DNA of 64,000 nt from Epithemia pelagica (GCA_946965045.2 OX337239.1:1364001-1428000), one strand, 5' to 3'; positions 33,501 to 45,100 are shown, numbered from the stretch's first letter. The notes: generated by a model not told the origin, from the letters alone. Program-made: numbers and translations.

Positions 33501-34646
33501 ACAAATAACGAGAACCCTACAGTGGTGGGCGACCAAGAAAGTGGTATGAACAATTCCTCCTCTGCGCTTCCAAGACGATTGTCGAAGGACAAGGCACCGG
33601 GAAAACCGCCGAAGAGAAGTTTATCGGGAACGATTCGCGGTGTATCTGTACCAGAACGGAATCCTTCCAATGGAATGATGAGCATTGCCAGTTTTGAAAG
33701 CAGGACGGATGCTCATCGTAACGAAGCTGGCCCAATACTCCCTCGTTCCACATCTTCGTCGGATGATGATGACGACGACGAAGAGTTGGTTAATGATAAG
33801 GAAGCTACGTTGGAAGACTATCAACAACGATTGGAACGCTACATTGCATCTAACACATATGGTCCGGGCAATCACAGCAAGAAGGACCAGTCATTGACCC
33901 CGAGCGGTGAAACCATGGATGATGAAGAGACAATTGTCGATGAAGATGACGAAGACGACGACGCGCAGGCCCATAAGGACTTTTACGGCGACTCGGCCGA
34001 CCACTTGTTACAAAGCCCAGTGGGTGTGACTCCGGCAAGTCGTCGTTCGGTCCCTCCTCCGTTATCAACCCGTGCGGAGAAGGACCAAGAGAACGATGCC
34101 CCGGACTCAGATTTGGAAGATGATTGGGAGCAAGAACGAGACAAACGAACGAGCAAATGCACAACCGTTGGCGTGAGTCGAACTACAAGTGGTCGTGGGA
34201 CACGGAAACCCTCAACTCCATCAACACATTATCACTCTCCTTATCATCGTAAGAGTCCGCACCGGACTCCTTCGGGGACCGCAGCGCGCAGTGGTAGAGG
34301 TGGAGTTGAACGACACAAGAGCGGCATGGATGCCAGTATGATGAGCTTAGACGCGGAAACTACCATGTCATCCAAGCAAGGATCTACATCGTTTTCCACG
34401 TCTCTGAGCATTTTTTCCAATTGGACACCGGAAGATTTAAACCATTCACCAAATCATCACCATGCACAGCAGCATCACCACGGGATATCTCATCATGCTC
34501 ATTCTCATGGTCGCCTACCACCTCGGACACCAGGACGATCCGTATCCAATCAATCGCACTTGTCAATAATGTCCGAGTTGACCGACTTGAGTCAAAATAT
34601 GGATGAGTTGTACATTCAACAACATATGCGTGAAGAACAAGCTTAG
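30591..34646 (+). CDS. DUF6824-domain protein with very long Q/H/S/P-rich disordered regions (~1350 aa)
   Basis: HDVLMGRGGGTNNYIGNVKFRKLV...PPGRFLARK...WYDVGDKKANAKASQCLRE is the diatom-expanded DUF6824 signature. Single intact ORF. Confidence 0.85.
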   Translation: MSGSATTMVSPSFSHHQHQQQHAALGHSPVQQQAPPQFPYHPEAGTRTEGMMTHSSSLPYLPPPQSSGSALAQSHQTQSPSSSSSFMATSSHLQPMPYTAATTPTPSGSGAPYVLGGRIPNVVSQSSPSPPPMMSSSSFSVQENQNPPPVVPHDGLDQHNEPEEPSDCITRLREHDVLMGRGGGTNNYIGNVKFRKLVQQHKLRYLACPKVDKPKVAKEVVYIWRHQQNPPGRFLARKEEDNSEEGDDTEESGSGSAAHELVEAVVADDKDKKGGKMTKKSKSSKTATSDPTLVTTSRTGMGRVLWYDVGDKKANAKASQCLRERTPDVVPYLQQLRHEQDRTTEQGMMRIRQHQQQQENEQRAFQQQQQQKHNHGIAGPFLQHSGASKQEMQSFPNGGGSAPSRPPPHSLQSMMTVQYNMHGTYSPSTTTHDSRGRMTMRDPQNQRQPQPSHGLGPSQPHSSSSSMGIHPSLLSSEARSPPAVPYGSSTPSNHHHQQQLHTSYHGPDMYHQGPQGRHSFPHTNTQFRGSSENMMTASGDGGNGYMPVLNGDASSSGPPMPSGMSYPPSLNRQDDMYLDGHTGSRTVGHSHSSSTLEDGGAPRSMPHHHRHHHSPHPHPSHSNMTEVEYQQRLLILEQQRQLQEQQAQLQRMQEEQRMRQDYLQPTPGNMSRNSNVGKKEDENLGEFSRRVQPELNKVTGEATARRRASATNNSRQGSNLLPKVDSPVGETTSTIQVVSPPHSFPQQARHKDSSGHSSGTPPSSSPPPPMDAYHSQAPAATKEQGVDQLDPSYGNMTGVVSRSTSSSVSSSSSSLVSPMRRMRGSGNARSLLSRHPGIMSPNAQISEPPDVQRRADLLKVVLDTSKAKEPEPAGNHQGPEEANGEPQHVGIGNERNGNHENEILVKKQRKSSSTPHCDKTTPSSAATLFQNKSLLHSQQQEQQDAKALFRKRPIRSAMVTTHKHGVENNDTNNENPTVVGDQESGMNNSSSALPRRLSKDKAPGKPPKRSLSGTIRGVSVPERNPSNGMMSIASFESRTDAHRNEAGPILPRSTSSSDDDDDDEELVNDKEATLEDYQQRLERYIASNTYGPGNHSKKDQSLTPSGETMDDEETIVDEDDEDDDAQAHKDFYGDSADHLLQSPVGVTPASRRSVPPPLSTRAEKDQENDAPDSDLEDDWEQERDKRTSKCTTVGVSRTTSGRGTRKPSTPSTHYHSPYHRKSPHRTPSGTAARSGRGGVERHKSGMDASMMSLDAETTMSSKQGSTSFSTSLSIFSNWTPEDLNHSPNHHHAQQHHHGISHHAHSHGRLPPRTPGRSVSNQSHLSIMSELTDLSQNMDELYIQQHMREEQA

Positions 34647-35084
34647 TGCAACTTAAACGCCAACAATATATCAGTCAGACACACTTCTGAGGAGTCTGGG
34701 GTTCGAGAGACTGAATCCACGTACAATCATAAATCAGATGTACACAGAATCTCTTGCTGGAAGGACTAACAAAAATTTGAAACATCTGAGGGCCTGGATG
34801 GGGATGTTCGTTTGAAAGGGACAACATGCCTACTGGTAGGTTTTTGGAGGAAAACGGTTAATCCCAAAATCCTTTTTCTAACTAACCGATCAGAAATCAC
34901 CAAATCGTATGACGTTCAGACAAATTACTAGCATGGTGATGGTAAGGACTCTTTTTTACGATGATCGACTACTTTTTCCTGGATCAGGCTTCAATCGTCC
35001 AAAAAGTTTGGGATTTTAGGAGTCTCTACTAAGAAGACAACCGTTTTCCTCCTTATTTCACAATATTTCTACTTTCGAGACAAA

Positions 35085-35474
35085 GTAAGACTACTTCACG
35101 GTGATTCAATCCTTTAGAGGAGGGTCGCCCGGCGCGGAGGGTAGCATTACGAGGAGGGCTTATGTTCGAGGAGGGCGCATGCCCGACAAGACATATAACC
35201 GTCGAGTCATTCTCCCGACAAGCCGGGCGCCCGACGAGGAAGGAATGAGAAATCACAGGGGAGTAATCTGCTTACTTTATATCTAGATGTGTAGGTAGTG
35301 ACTACCGCCCGGTTTTATTATGAGATGGGATGTCGCAGGGACATAATGTTCCTTTCGCGGTTCACCCATGATGTCGCGCGATTCGCACGATCACTACTTC
35401 CCGGCTCTACAATAAAATTTTACTGTAAAATAAAAATGTGAGACGAACTACCTACCCAGCTAGGTATATAGTTA
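35085..35474 (-). repeat. ~390-bp dispersed repeat, inverted copy
   Basis: Its reverse complement aligns end to end with 37965-38354. Confidence 0.9.
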
Positions 35475-36022
35475 GTACTCCTAGAAGTAGCGATAGTGTT
35501 GTTAGAGGTAGCTTTCAATACTATGTTTCACGGTAAAACCTATCGGTTGAGGGGTAGTCGACGTATTACACAATTGCCCTTTGTCGTTCCACGATTCTGC
35601 TATGGCGCACCTACTGCCATTTTTTGAAAAAGACAAGCTAGGGGTGCGCAATGCGCACCGTCAACAGATCTATCATGTCTACATGAAGCTTTGCGGTATG
35701 GTTTTGCATCTCTTCTGATCTCTTATTTAACAGCCTGAGACAACCAGTTTCTGATTGTTCATGTGCTTCTCCTACTTTACCTCTTCGGTCTTCGGACGTA
35801 GGCGCACCTCCCATTCGTCGACTTCCGTTGCGCACAAGAAACGTCGTGCATCAACAACAATCTTGTCGCAAACTTTGTTGTTTAATCATTCCTGATGAAA
35901 GGAAGTGATTCGACTCGTAATGGATCGTAGTTGTCCACTCTCAGACCCCTACCGAATTGAGAAGGTAATGCTTTGCGGCTGCAACGTGTCGATACGCTCA
36001 TGACGAAAGACTAAACGAGTTT

Positions 36023-37348
36023 ATGTTGACTATTGTGCTTAGCAGGAAGAAAGTCATGACTATGTGGAAGCAGGCTTTGCGCAGTCATCGAGAGGCCTCG
36101 TCATTGGCCTCCGTAAGCAGTAGTCGTTTCGATACGAGGGAGAAGAAGAACAGCTCAAACCAAAGCGTGGTCAGTAATGCAGGAGTTCGTACACACCAAC
36201 AACGACTACGATCCCAAAAGTTGGCGGCGGCACGAAAATTCCGTAATAACTTGCCTCCAAATGTCTACACTTCGTCCTATTCGTTAAATCGGATGGGAGG
36301 TGGAAGTTCTGTTGCGGGGTCTTTTGCGGATGATAATGCCTCTGTTTCGTCGTCGCCCTTGACCATGGTGCCACCTAACGACGACGACGATCGAAGTTGC
36401 ACCTCGGCCATTTCCATTGTCATGCCCCGTGCAAGAAGCAGAAGCAGTGGTCGTCGTGGTGTATCACGAGGAGGACGGGATGACGACTCGGTCACTGGTT
36501 CTGTTGCCGGTTCAGTATATTCTAACTATTCTCGACAGTCGCATGTACGCAGTATGTCCCCCATCCGAAGGCCGGTAGTGATCTATCGTCATGATCCCCT
36601 TCTTCGTACCTCGAGATCATTTTCGCCGACCCGCGAACGTCCATCCGGGCACCGTCATGCCTCTCAAAATGGACCACCACCGACCGCAACCAATCGAACT
36701 CATAGAGAAAATGCCCAGCTTTTTAGATCCCGGAGTGCTGACTCGTATCATAGTTCATGGTTGGAGGCTGGTCGACCATCCCGCTACAGTTATTACCAGT
36801 ACCAGCAAAGCCGTTATGGTCAGAATTCTGATTCATCGGTGAGTCGACCTCGAAAACTTCAGCATGAGGTGCACCAGGAACAAGCGCACGTACCTGAAGA
36901 ACACAGACAACCTCAGTACTCCCGTCGACGAGGCAAAGGCATTCTGCCTCTTGTTGATGACCCTACACAGCCGGGAAGTGTGGCTGACATATCCATGAAT
37001 AGTTCTGCGTCCAGTACGTCATCGGAAAGACAAAGGGACCGGGAACGAAGTCGAAGCCGAAGCAGAGGACGATCCCGCGACTTCGAAGAATCGACAGCAG
37101 AGCTGTGGTACAGGGCAGCATGTGCAGCTGCGGCTGATACGAGTGAACTGATCCATAGCATGGCTGAATTTGTCGACAAGAATTTCTTGTCCCCACCGAA
37201 ACCCACAACCAAGAAGGCACTTCTACTGCCAAGCAACACGGATATCACTTCCAAGCCGACGATGGTGGGCGATAAGGACAATGACAAATCTCCGATCGCA
37301 GACAAGTACGAAAAAGAAACACTTGGCCCAACCACTGCTACGGAGTGA
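36023..37348 (+). CDS. Ser/Arg-rich low-complexity protein with conserved C-terminal helical motif; 5' end uncertain
   Basis: 441-aa ORF. Its C-terminal LIHSMAEFVDKNFLS motif is echoed in the 40916-ending protein. Confidence 0.65.
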   Translation: MLTIVLSRKKVMTMWKQALRSHREASSLASVSSSRFDTREKKNSSNQSVVSNAGVRTHQQRLRSQKLAAARKFRNNLPPNVYTSSYSLNRMGGGSSVAGSFADDNASVSSSPLTMVPPNDDDDRSCTSAISIVMPRARSRSSGRRGVSRGGRDDDSVTGSVAGSVYSNYSRQSHVRSMSPIRRPVVIYRHDPLLRTSRSFSPTRERPSGHRHASQNGPPPTATNRTHRENAQLFRSRSADSYHSSWLEAGRPSRYSYYQYQQSRYGQNSDSSVSRPRKLQHEVHQEQAHVPEEHRQPQYSRRRGKGILPLVDDPTQPGSVADISMNSSASSTSSERQRDRERSRSRSRGRSRDFEESTAELWYRAACAAAADTSELIHSMAEFVDKNFLSPPKPTTKKALLLPSNTDITSKPTMVGDKDNDKSPIADKYEKETLGPTTATE

Positions 37349-37964
37349 AACTTAGAAAGTCAGAGTAGTATCATTTCCATGAAATCACAAACTTAGCTGA
37401 TTATCATAGGGTTGTTCTTGTTCATGACTCGGAGAAACAATAAATCCTGTTCCACCAAATCGGGACCGGTGGCTTCACTCAAATTATAGTTAGCGCTCCA
37501 CGTGCCACTCTTCCGACGTAATCCGATCGAACCATTTGTTGAATCGATTCCATGAAAGGCTCAAGGTGATTTGAGTCGTGGCTCGTGGTCATCATCCCGT
37601 ACCTTCTGGATGTACCTTTTCATACCTTCCATGGGTGATATGATGTGTGGCCCATCGAGAAAAGTCGAGAAAAAAGGTCAAGATAGGAGCAACATAAATA
37701 CCAGCTCCCATGGAAACCGAAGTAATTTCGATTGGACCATGAAATCATGTTGTTCAAATGATCTACATTATGTTCACCTTCCATTCATGGCCATTCATGG
37801 AGCTAGAATATTATATCCATCCAGATCAAAGATGAAAATCCATGCATTATCTTTTTACCATAGGTGTACGGGCTTACTCTTTCTCTGCGCAGAGTTTGTT
37901 GGAGGACATGAAACATGGGGAATGGGGAAGAGACAGACATTATATTATGAGGGAGTCGCATCGA

Positions 37965-38354
37965 TAACTCTATACCTAGCTATGCAGGTAGTTCGTCTCA
38001 CTTTTTTATACTACAGTTGGAATTTATTGTAGAGCCGGGAAGTAGTAATCGTGCGAATCGCGCGACATCATGGGTGAACCGTGTAAGGAAAATTATGTCG
38101 TTGCGACATCCCAACTCCTAATAAAACCGGGCGGTAGTCACTACCTACACATCTAGATATAAAGTAAGCAGATTACTCCCCTGTGTTTTCTCATTCCTTC
38201 CTCGTCGGGCGCCCGGCTTGTCGGGAGAATGACTCGACGGTTATATGTCTTGTCGGGCATGCGCCCTCCTCGAACATATGCCCTCCTCGTCATTCTACCC
38301 TCCGCGCCGGGCGACCCTCCTCTAAAGGACTGAAACGCCGTGAAGTAGTCTTAC
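37965..38354 (+). repeat. ~390-bp dispersed repeat, direct copy
   Basis: Matches 1-159 and the reverse complement of 35085-35474. Contains repeated CTTGTCGGG and CCCTCCTC modules. Confidence 0.9.
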
Positions 38355-39075
38355 AACTTTCAGGATGTCTTCCCCCGCGTATCAGTGGAGGCAGACATGC
38401 AGGCGACATATCTATAAGTAAGTATATATCACTCTTGGTCTTGATGACATTGTCTATTTTACGTTTCCACACGTACCACACTGCGTGACTTCGTATTTGG
38501 GCCCGATTTGATAAAGGTACGTAAAATACTATTACGAGTCATTGTCATATTATTGTCTACGTAGAAACTGGGACGACGCTCAAATATTTAGAGAGGTCTC
38601 GCCAAGAAAAGATAGTATGGACGCGACCTTTCATATTACTTTAACGGCGGCTCCATGTATGCGTGTCATTCCGCGACAAGGCCCTATGTATTTGAGATTT
38701 TGTAGAGAATCCAAACGGAAAGATCCCTCCACAAATATCCAGATAACACGAGACAAGAACCGCATACCTTCCAACGACATGACTCGGTACTGGAATGCTT
38801 TTTGTTTGCGATCGGTCACTCTAAGTTGATCACAAACATGGACTCGCCCAAGGTTTTTATTGAATTTGTTTGTCTTCTATCTATTTCAAACAGTTTCGTA
38901 AACGGATGGCCGTGACATGGACGTGTGATTTGCGGGTAACAAAACTTGGAGATTGGCATTTGTTCATTTGGTTTACGTCATATCATATCAAGTCAATCGT
39001 CAATCAAGGAGACGCAGACAAAACTCTTTTGTTTTGATTTTTGCAGAGCTACTTGTGCATCCTCTTGAAAAGAAC

Positions 39076-40916
39076 ATGATGTCAGAAGATGGAATTCCGC
39101 GCGTGATCGTGGCCAAAAAGCACAAAGCGGCAGTAATGTCTCCGTTGGAAAGGAAGACTCCCCCCGCCAAGAACGGCACTAAAAAGATCCCATTGCCGAA
39201 AAGCCGAAGCGCACGACGCAGTGACACTCCTCGTTGTACGAGCATCAACAGCACTCACAATCACAGTCGAAGCAGCAGTCATAGTGGAAGCGATAGTGAC
39301 CACATTCCGCCACAAACCCCTCAATCCAAGACAAACGCTAACTCAAAACAATCGACCAAAACCAAAACCATCCACAAACAAAAAAACTCGTCCCCTGTTA
39401 CGGGTACAGTACCTCCTCCCGCTTCTAGGTATCCGGCTTCTATAGTGGTGGTGACCGACAAGAGAACACGCCGTCAACGAAGGACACATGGACTGAGTAT
39501 TGTCGAGCCCACTTCGAAACGAGACTTCCCATGGGTTCCCGGACTTCACGTAAACAGTTGTACGACTTGACCCAGGAAGAGGCGGAACGACCGAAAAAAA
39601 ATGAGCATCGAGCTTCAAGGAGGAGAGGGTCTCTTGGTTCATTGTTTGGTGGGAGATCACCGGAAAATACGCAGTACGACGAATCAGAGCAATACGACAA
39701 ACCTGAGCAATACGACGAGCCTGAGCAATACGAAGAGCAATACGAAGAACCGGAACAATATGACAAACCTGAGCAATACGACGAGCCTGAGCAATACGAA
39801 GAACCGGAACAATATGATGAACCAGAGCAAAACGACGAGCCAGAGCAATACGACGAACCGGAACAATATGATGAACCAGAGCAATACGATGAACCTGAAC
39901 AATACAATAAACCTGAGATGGAACTAGAACATGCCATGCAAGCTCGACTGTCACAAAGGTCTCGCAATGATGCTCAACGTCGAGACAGTTTCCGTGGTTC
40001 ATCGGCGTCGCCAAGTCGGGTCGACACACGTTCTATGCACGTTAAATTGTCCTCCTTGGCGGCACTCTCGTATAACGGCGACTTCACGTTCGAAGACAAC
40101 ACTTTGGAAGCCCCTCCTTCTGTAGTGGCCATACCGACATCAATTGTCATGATGAAGAGAGAACCTTCCATTGTGAAATCCCCTCGCCATCGCAAAGGCG
40201 AAGCGATCGTTCATAATGACTCGGAACGAGTTGGTGGAGAACAAAGAGACAAAGAAGTTGATGAATATTCCAGTAGTGCTGAACAATCCTCAACCGCCGA
40301 CAAAGAACAAAAGTTCATGGCGAGGATGAAAATGTTGAAACCAAGGGCCGATAAGAATCGTACAAGACGAAAAGCAGATCACAATGAGCCTAAACGATTC
40401 TCTGAGTTGGACAAGAACTTGGATGCGCAAGAAACTTTTGGTTTACAACGAACCTTTGTGGAAAACGAACGCTTTCCCCATCATGACAAGAGAACAAAGA
40501 AGGACAAAAGAAAAACTAAATCTTCCGAAAACAAGGAAATGAAAAGGATGCAACACGAAAAGGAACCGCAATCACATCGAAATCGAGCAGAAAAGGTACC
40601 GCAATCAAAGGAGGCAACGACTCATAATGTCTCTGCAACCGACGAGACACCTACTTTGCCTGGAGCTGTTGATTCCAAGAAGAAAGAAACAGAGCCAACA
40701 TCGGAGCACGAAACCGAACGCAAATCGACGGTGTACTTCTTGGGAATGGCTGCGCGACAGCTGGTATCCGAAGTGACCGAATTCGTGGATTCTCAGGTCT
40801 TGTCCACTACTAAAAAATCCGCTGCTGAGAGGCGATCAGAAGAATTGGCCAAAACCAAGGCCACAGCTTCCAACAATGCCGATTCGTTGTTCAGGTTTCC
40901 TCTTGCAACATACTAG
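39076..40916 (+). CDS. Low-complexity protein with EQYDEP hexapeptide array; apparent frameshift near 39430-39445
   Basis: The upstream ORF (ATG 39076) and the downstream frame (open from 39429 to TAG 40916) overlap in different frames and have similar K/R/S-rich composition. Confidence 0.55.
39672..39915 (+). repeat. 18-bp tandem array encoding (EQYDEP/EQYDKP/EQYEEP)n, about 13 units
   Basis: Directly visible GAGCAATACGACGARCCT-like units. Confidence 0.9.
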
Positions 40917-41691
40917 GTCAAAGTCATCAGAAGTACCATTGACTAGTTTGCGGATACTTCGCGTTGCTGTTGTGCTATGTTTTAAGGCTGCAAAACTTAA
41001 ATAGAATATCCACTAGTGCAGCACTTTTATAATCAATGAGAATATTTCTAAGCGCAACAAAGAGAGCAGCTTTCTCCGAGCATCGTGAAAGTTCTTATCG
41101 CCGCCGTTTGTTCTATTGGTAAACATCCAAGCAAACATCAACTTGTGTTTTGCAACTTCCATCGGCTACAATTCTTGTCAAAAACTGCACGAATAGACAC
41201 GTCCTGATTTCCAGAGGCATTTTGCCATTTTTATCGTTGACCAGAATGTACGCTTTTGATCACCTATCACTCTCACCCAGCAATGTTATTCATTATCCCA
41301 AGCATCCAATAACCATTGGCAATTAGCACTTTATCTCGACTTCCACTCATCGGCAACTTCCGAACCTTTCGCCTTCCGATCTATCGCAGCTCATATCAAG
41401 GAAAGTTTAAGTATAGTGTTTGAACTGAGTTATGCTTCTTCTCTAGAGCTCTTACAAGTTAGGAGTAGTTTTGCCAGGGGCTTACCCCCATTAGCCTTTT
41501 TACTCCTACTACGGATATTGTGTATCATTACTCCCTAGCGCGGGGGATTAGAGGAATCCCGCCTGAGTCGGAAAAAAGAGCCATTTCTAATGCCTATCGT
41601 GCATACGACTCATGTGAGACTCACACGTGCTTGGGTGTAGTGATAGAGTAGGAGTACGAGCTCCTAGAGGGAGTACGGGTACGGAGTACCA

Positions 41692-41724
41692 TCTGGAATC
41701 TGGAATCTGGAATCTGGAATCTGG
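41692..41724. repeat. (TCTGGAA)x4 heptamer tandem
   Basis: TCTGGAATCTGGAATCTGGAATCTGGAATCTGG. Confidence 0.85.
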
Positions 41725-42116
41725 AGGCAGCAGAGTCTTGTCTGTGAGTTACTCCCCACAAGAACAAACTGCACACTGCAGAGAGCACAGAGAGTACAAT
41801 TTTAGAAGCCCATAGGGAAACTCGGATTATTTGATAGTTATTAGTTATTGACCGGGGCATATTTCAAATTTTTCACTTTGATCAAGAAATGAAGTAGGGG
41901 AAAGGGGAAAGGGATAATGGGATCGTGGATTCGGTTTGAGGTTTTTTGGGGCACGATGCCCACAAATTTGGATTCCTCTTTCACATTGTGATTGGAACTC
42001 TTCCTGTAGAAGCTCCGCGAGTTAAAGCATGTTCAGTCCTCCAGTATAAAAGAAGAAGAAAGATTGTGCAAAATGAGAAAGCTTTCTTGTATGAGACCAG
42101 TGGTCCAGCCGCATGG

Positions 42117-45100
42117 ATGCCACAGCAGCAACGGTCCGAGTCAGAGAAGGACCTGCGAAGTCATCCAACAGGGGAACCAAGTACTGAAAATAGCCGCCAC
42201 AAAGATGGCTCGTTATCATCTGCGCAGGAAACAAATAATGGTGTTTCCTCTGAAACCAATGGCCTATCCAGGGTTATCAGGAGATCCAAAGTAGCATTTT
42301 ACGCCTTTCTGATTGTACTCGCTGCCGTTGCAGCGATCTTCACGTATGTTTATATTTCAAATCAAGAGCAGCAGGATTTTGAAAACGACGTAAGTTTCCT
42401 GAGCGATGCACGAGGACTTTCCCATGAATGCTGTACACCCACTGATTTTGCCATTCTCTTCATCATCCCTTTGATCGACAACAAAAGTTTAAGTTGAAAG
42501 CAACAGCTATTGAACCCCTCTTTGTGCGAACGCGAGATCGTAAATATGAAGTGGGAGAGAGTCTTGCATTGACCATATCATCGTATAAGGAGGCAAGTGG
42601 CCAATCTTTTCCCTTTTTGCCCTTGCCTCACTTTGCCCGGATGGCGGAAGAAGCGCGCCGCATGGCTTTCTGTGAGATAGTTTTGTTTGTGCCCGTAGTA
42701 TACCAGAATCAGACGCAGCAGTATCAGAACTTTGTAAAGGAAAATGGAGTAGCCTGGATTCAGGAAAGTTTACATCTCCAGACAGGAAAAGATTCCGTTG
42801 ATCCCGGTTCGATTCCTCATGAGCTTCATGACTTGCTACAAAATAGTGATGTTGGAGACTACGATAATGATGAGAGTAACGATCATGGAGTAGATCATCA
42901 TGATGACCATGACGTTGACCATGACGACGACCACCACGATCATCACCGAGTCATGACAGAAAGAGACAAAAATAATCGCCTCTTCTTTCGGAAGAACCAT
43001 GCTGATCACAGGGATTCCCGGAAGATAAATGACCCATCGGGAATTTATGGCATCAGAGGAACCAGTTCTCTTACGAACACGAACAGAATGCCAAAGTACA
43101 CATCCGTCACCAGTGGTCCGGGGAAAGCAAAAGAAACATACAGACAAAATGGCCAAGAGAACGGAAGCGAAATAGCAAAACACAGCCTGTATGACCAGCA
43201 TCAGCAAAATCGTAGGGAGAAACGCGTTGTTGCTGACGCTGATGCTTTTCAACTGTCGACAGTGTCCTCACCTATATGGTACGGTTTGTCAGCGGATCAT
43301 ACCGTTGAAATTCCTGCTTCTAACTGATTGAATCCATTTTCCGCTTCTTTTACGCTTTGCTAAAATTTTCAGGAAAACATGGCCAGCGCCGATCAATGCC
43401 ACGGTGATCAATGCGGACTTGCAACTCGATCGTCGTTATGCGGACTTGTCGCAAAGTGTTTTTGATACGAAGAGAAGTGAATTATCGGCCATGAGGTCCT
43501 GGGATGCACTTTTCGACAACTTCCTTCTTTGTCATGGCCACGGTGTTGAACAGCATTCCAGTTCCCATACTCATGGACGAGCGTGTCTCGTTGGGAACGA
43601 TCTCGATGACGGTTATGATGACGATCACCATGAAGAAAGAGAAAAACATGACGGCGAAGAAGATCACCATCATGAAGATGACGATCATGATGAAGAACAA
43701 GATGATCATCACCATACGGATGAGGATCTCGATGAACATGACGACCATGACGAAAATGATCACCCTGAGCACGATGGAGAAGATAGAGAGGCGAACCATG
43801 ATGACAAACATGAGCATAAAGATGAAGGGGACCATCAGGTTGATGATGAAGAGCAGCATGCCGAACACGATCAACCAGCAAGTTTTATCTTGTCGCCGAT
43901 CTTTGAAAGTAGTGCAGAACAAGATTTTGTTCGTGGTTTCGTCATGCTCATCTTTCATTGGACGACCTTCGTAGAAAGTCTTGTGACACTGGGCACAAAT
44001 GGCATGGATTTAGTTATTAGCGACTCGTGCGGTTCAGTGTACACATATCGGCTCCATGGGGACGGTTTCGAGTTCAGAGGTAAGGGCGCATTGCAAGAAA
44101 CCACGTACAACGATATGAAGAGAACTGTCATTCTTGATTCTGAGCAAGATGGCGAGGATGATCATCAGACACATGATATATGCACTTATGTGCTAAGTAT
44201 GTATCCGACCAGAGAACTGCATGGCCAGTTCACCTCGCATGATCCATTCTTGCATGCATTGGTTGTACCGGCGATATTTGCCTTAACGGCGGTCATTTTC
44301 ATGTTCTACGATTGGACCATCAAAAGGCGAAAAGAGCGAGTTGTATTAACCGTCCAGAAAACAGAGGCCATCGTGTCATCGATTTTCCCCAAAAATGTGC
44401 GAGGGCGACTGTTGGACAATGTCGCTATGGAGGATTCTCGCATAAAAAATCAAGTCAATATGACGATGGGGCCATCTAAGACCCCAACCTTGTACCGAAT
44501 TCAGCCAGTATCAGCACAGGAGAAGGAAGAAGATGAAGAAAATTTGGCTGGTGGATCACAAATATACAAGAATGCATCCAAGCCCATTGCCGATCTCTTC
44601 CCGGATGCTACCGTATTGTTCGCTGAAATGGATGGGTTTAGTGCATGGAACTCTTTGAGACAGCCATCAGAAGTCTTCGAGTTTCTGGAAACGATGTATC
44701 GTGCTTTCGACCAATTGGCCCGTCGCCACAAGGTTTTCAAGGTGGAAACGGTGGGAGACTGTTATGTGGCCGTAGCTGGCCTTCCCGAACTTCGCATTGA
44801 TCACGCTTTGGCCATGACCCAGTTTGCCGCAGCTTGTATGGTCGAGTGTGGGCGAATTTGCTCAATTCTCACCAGGGATTTCGGCCCTGACACTGAAAGC
44901 ATGGCTCTTCGAATGGGGCTCCATACCGACCGTAAGTGGAATTTGTGGCCGAGATGTGTGAATCACTTAATTTTCAATTGTACCTCACAATGAACAACAC
45001 TTTCGCTCGGTTGCGGTTGGATACTTTGTAGAATCACTGCCAGTGTTTTGCGTGGCGAAATGGCTCGCTTCCAATTGTTTGGTGATACTGTGAATACCAG

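Noticed and set aside
35085-35474. Hammerhead ribozyme, SINE or solo LTR identity for the 390-bp repeat
   Set aside because: It has no CUGANGA/GAAA core on either strand, no Pol III A/B boxes or tail, and no TG..CA ends.
39440-39967. (SGSSYC)n antisense ORF that looks metallothionein-like, and the array as a CRISPR
   Set aside because: It is the reverse complement of the EQYDEP repeat. There are no unique spacers or cas genes, and the context is eukaryotic.
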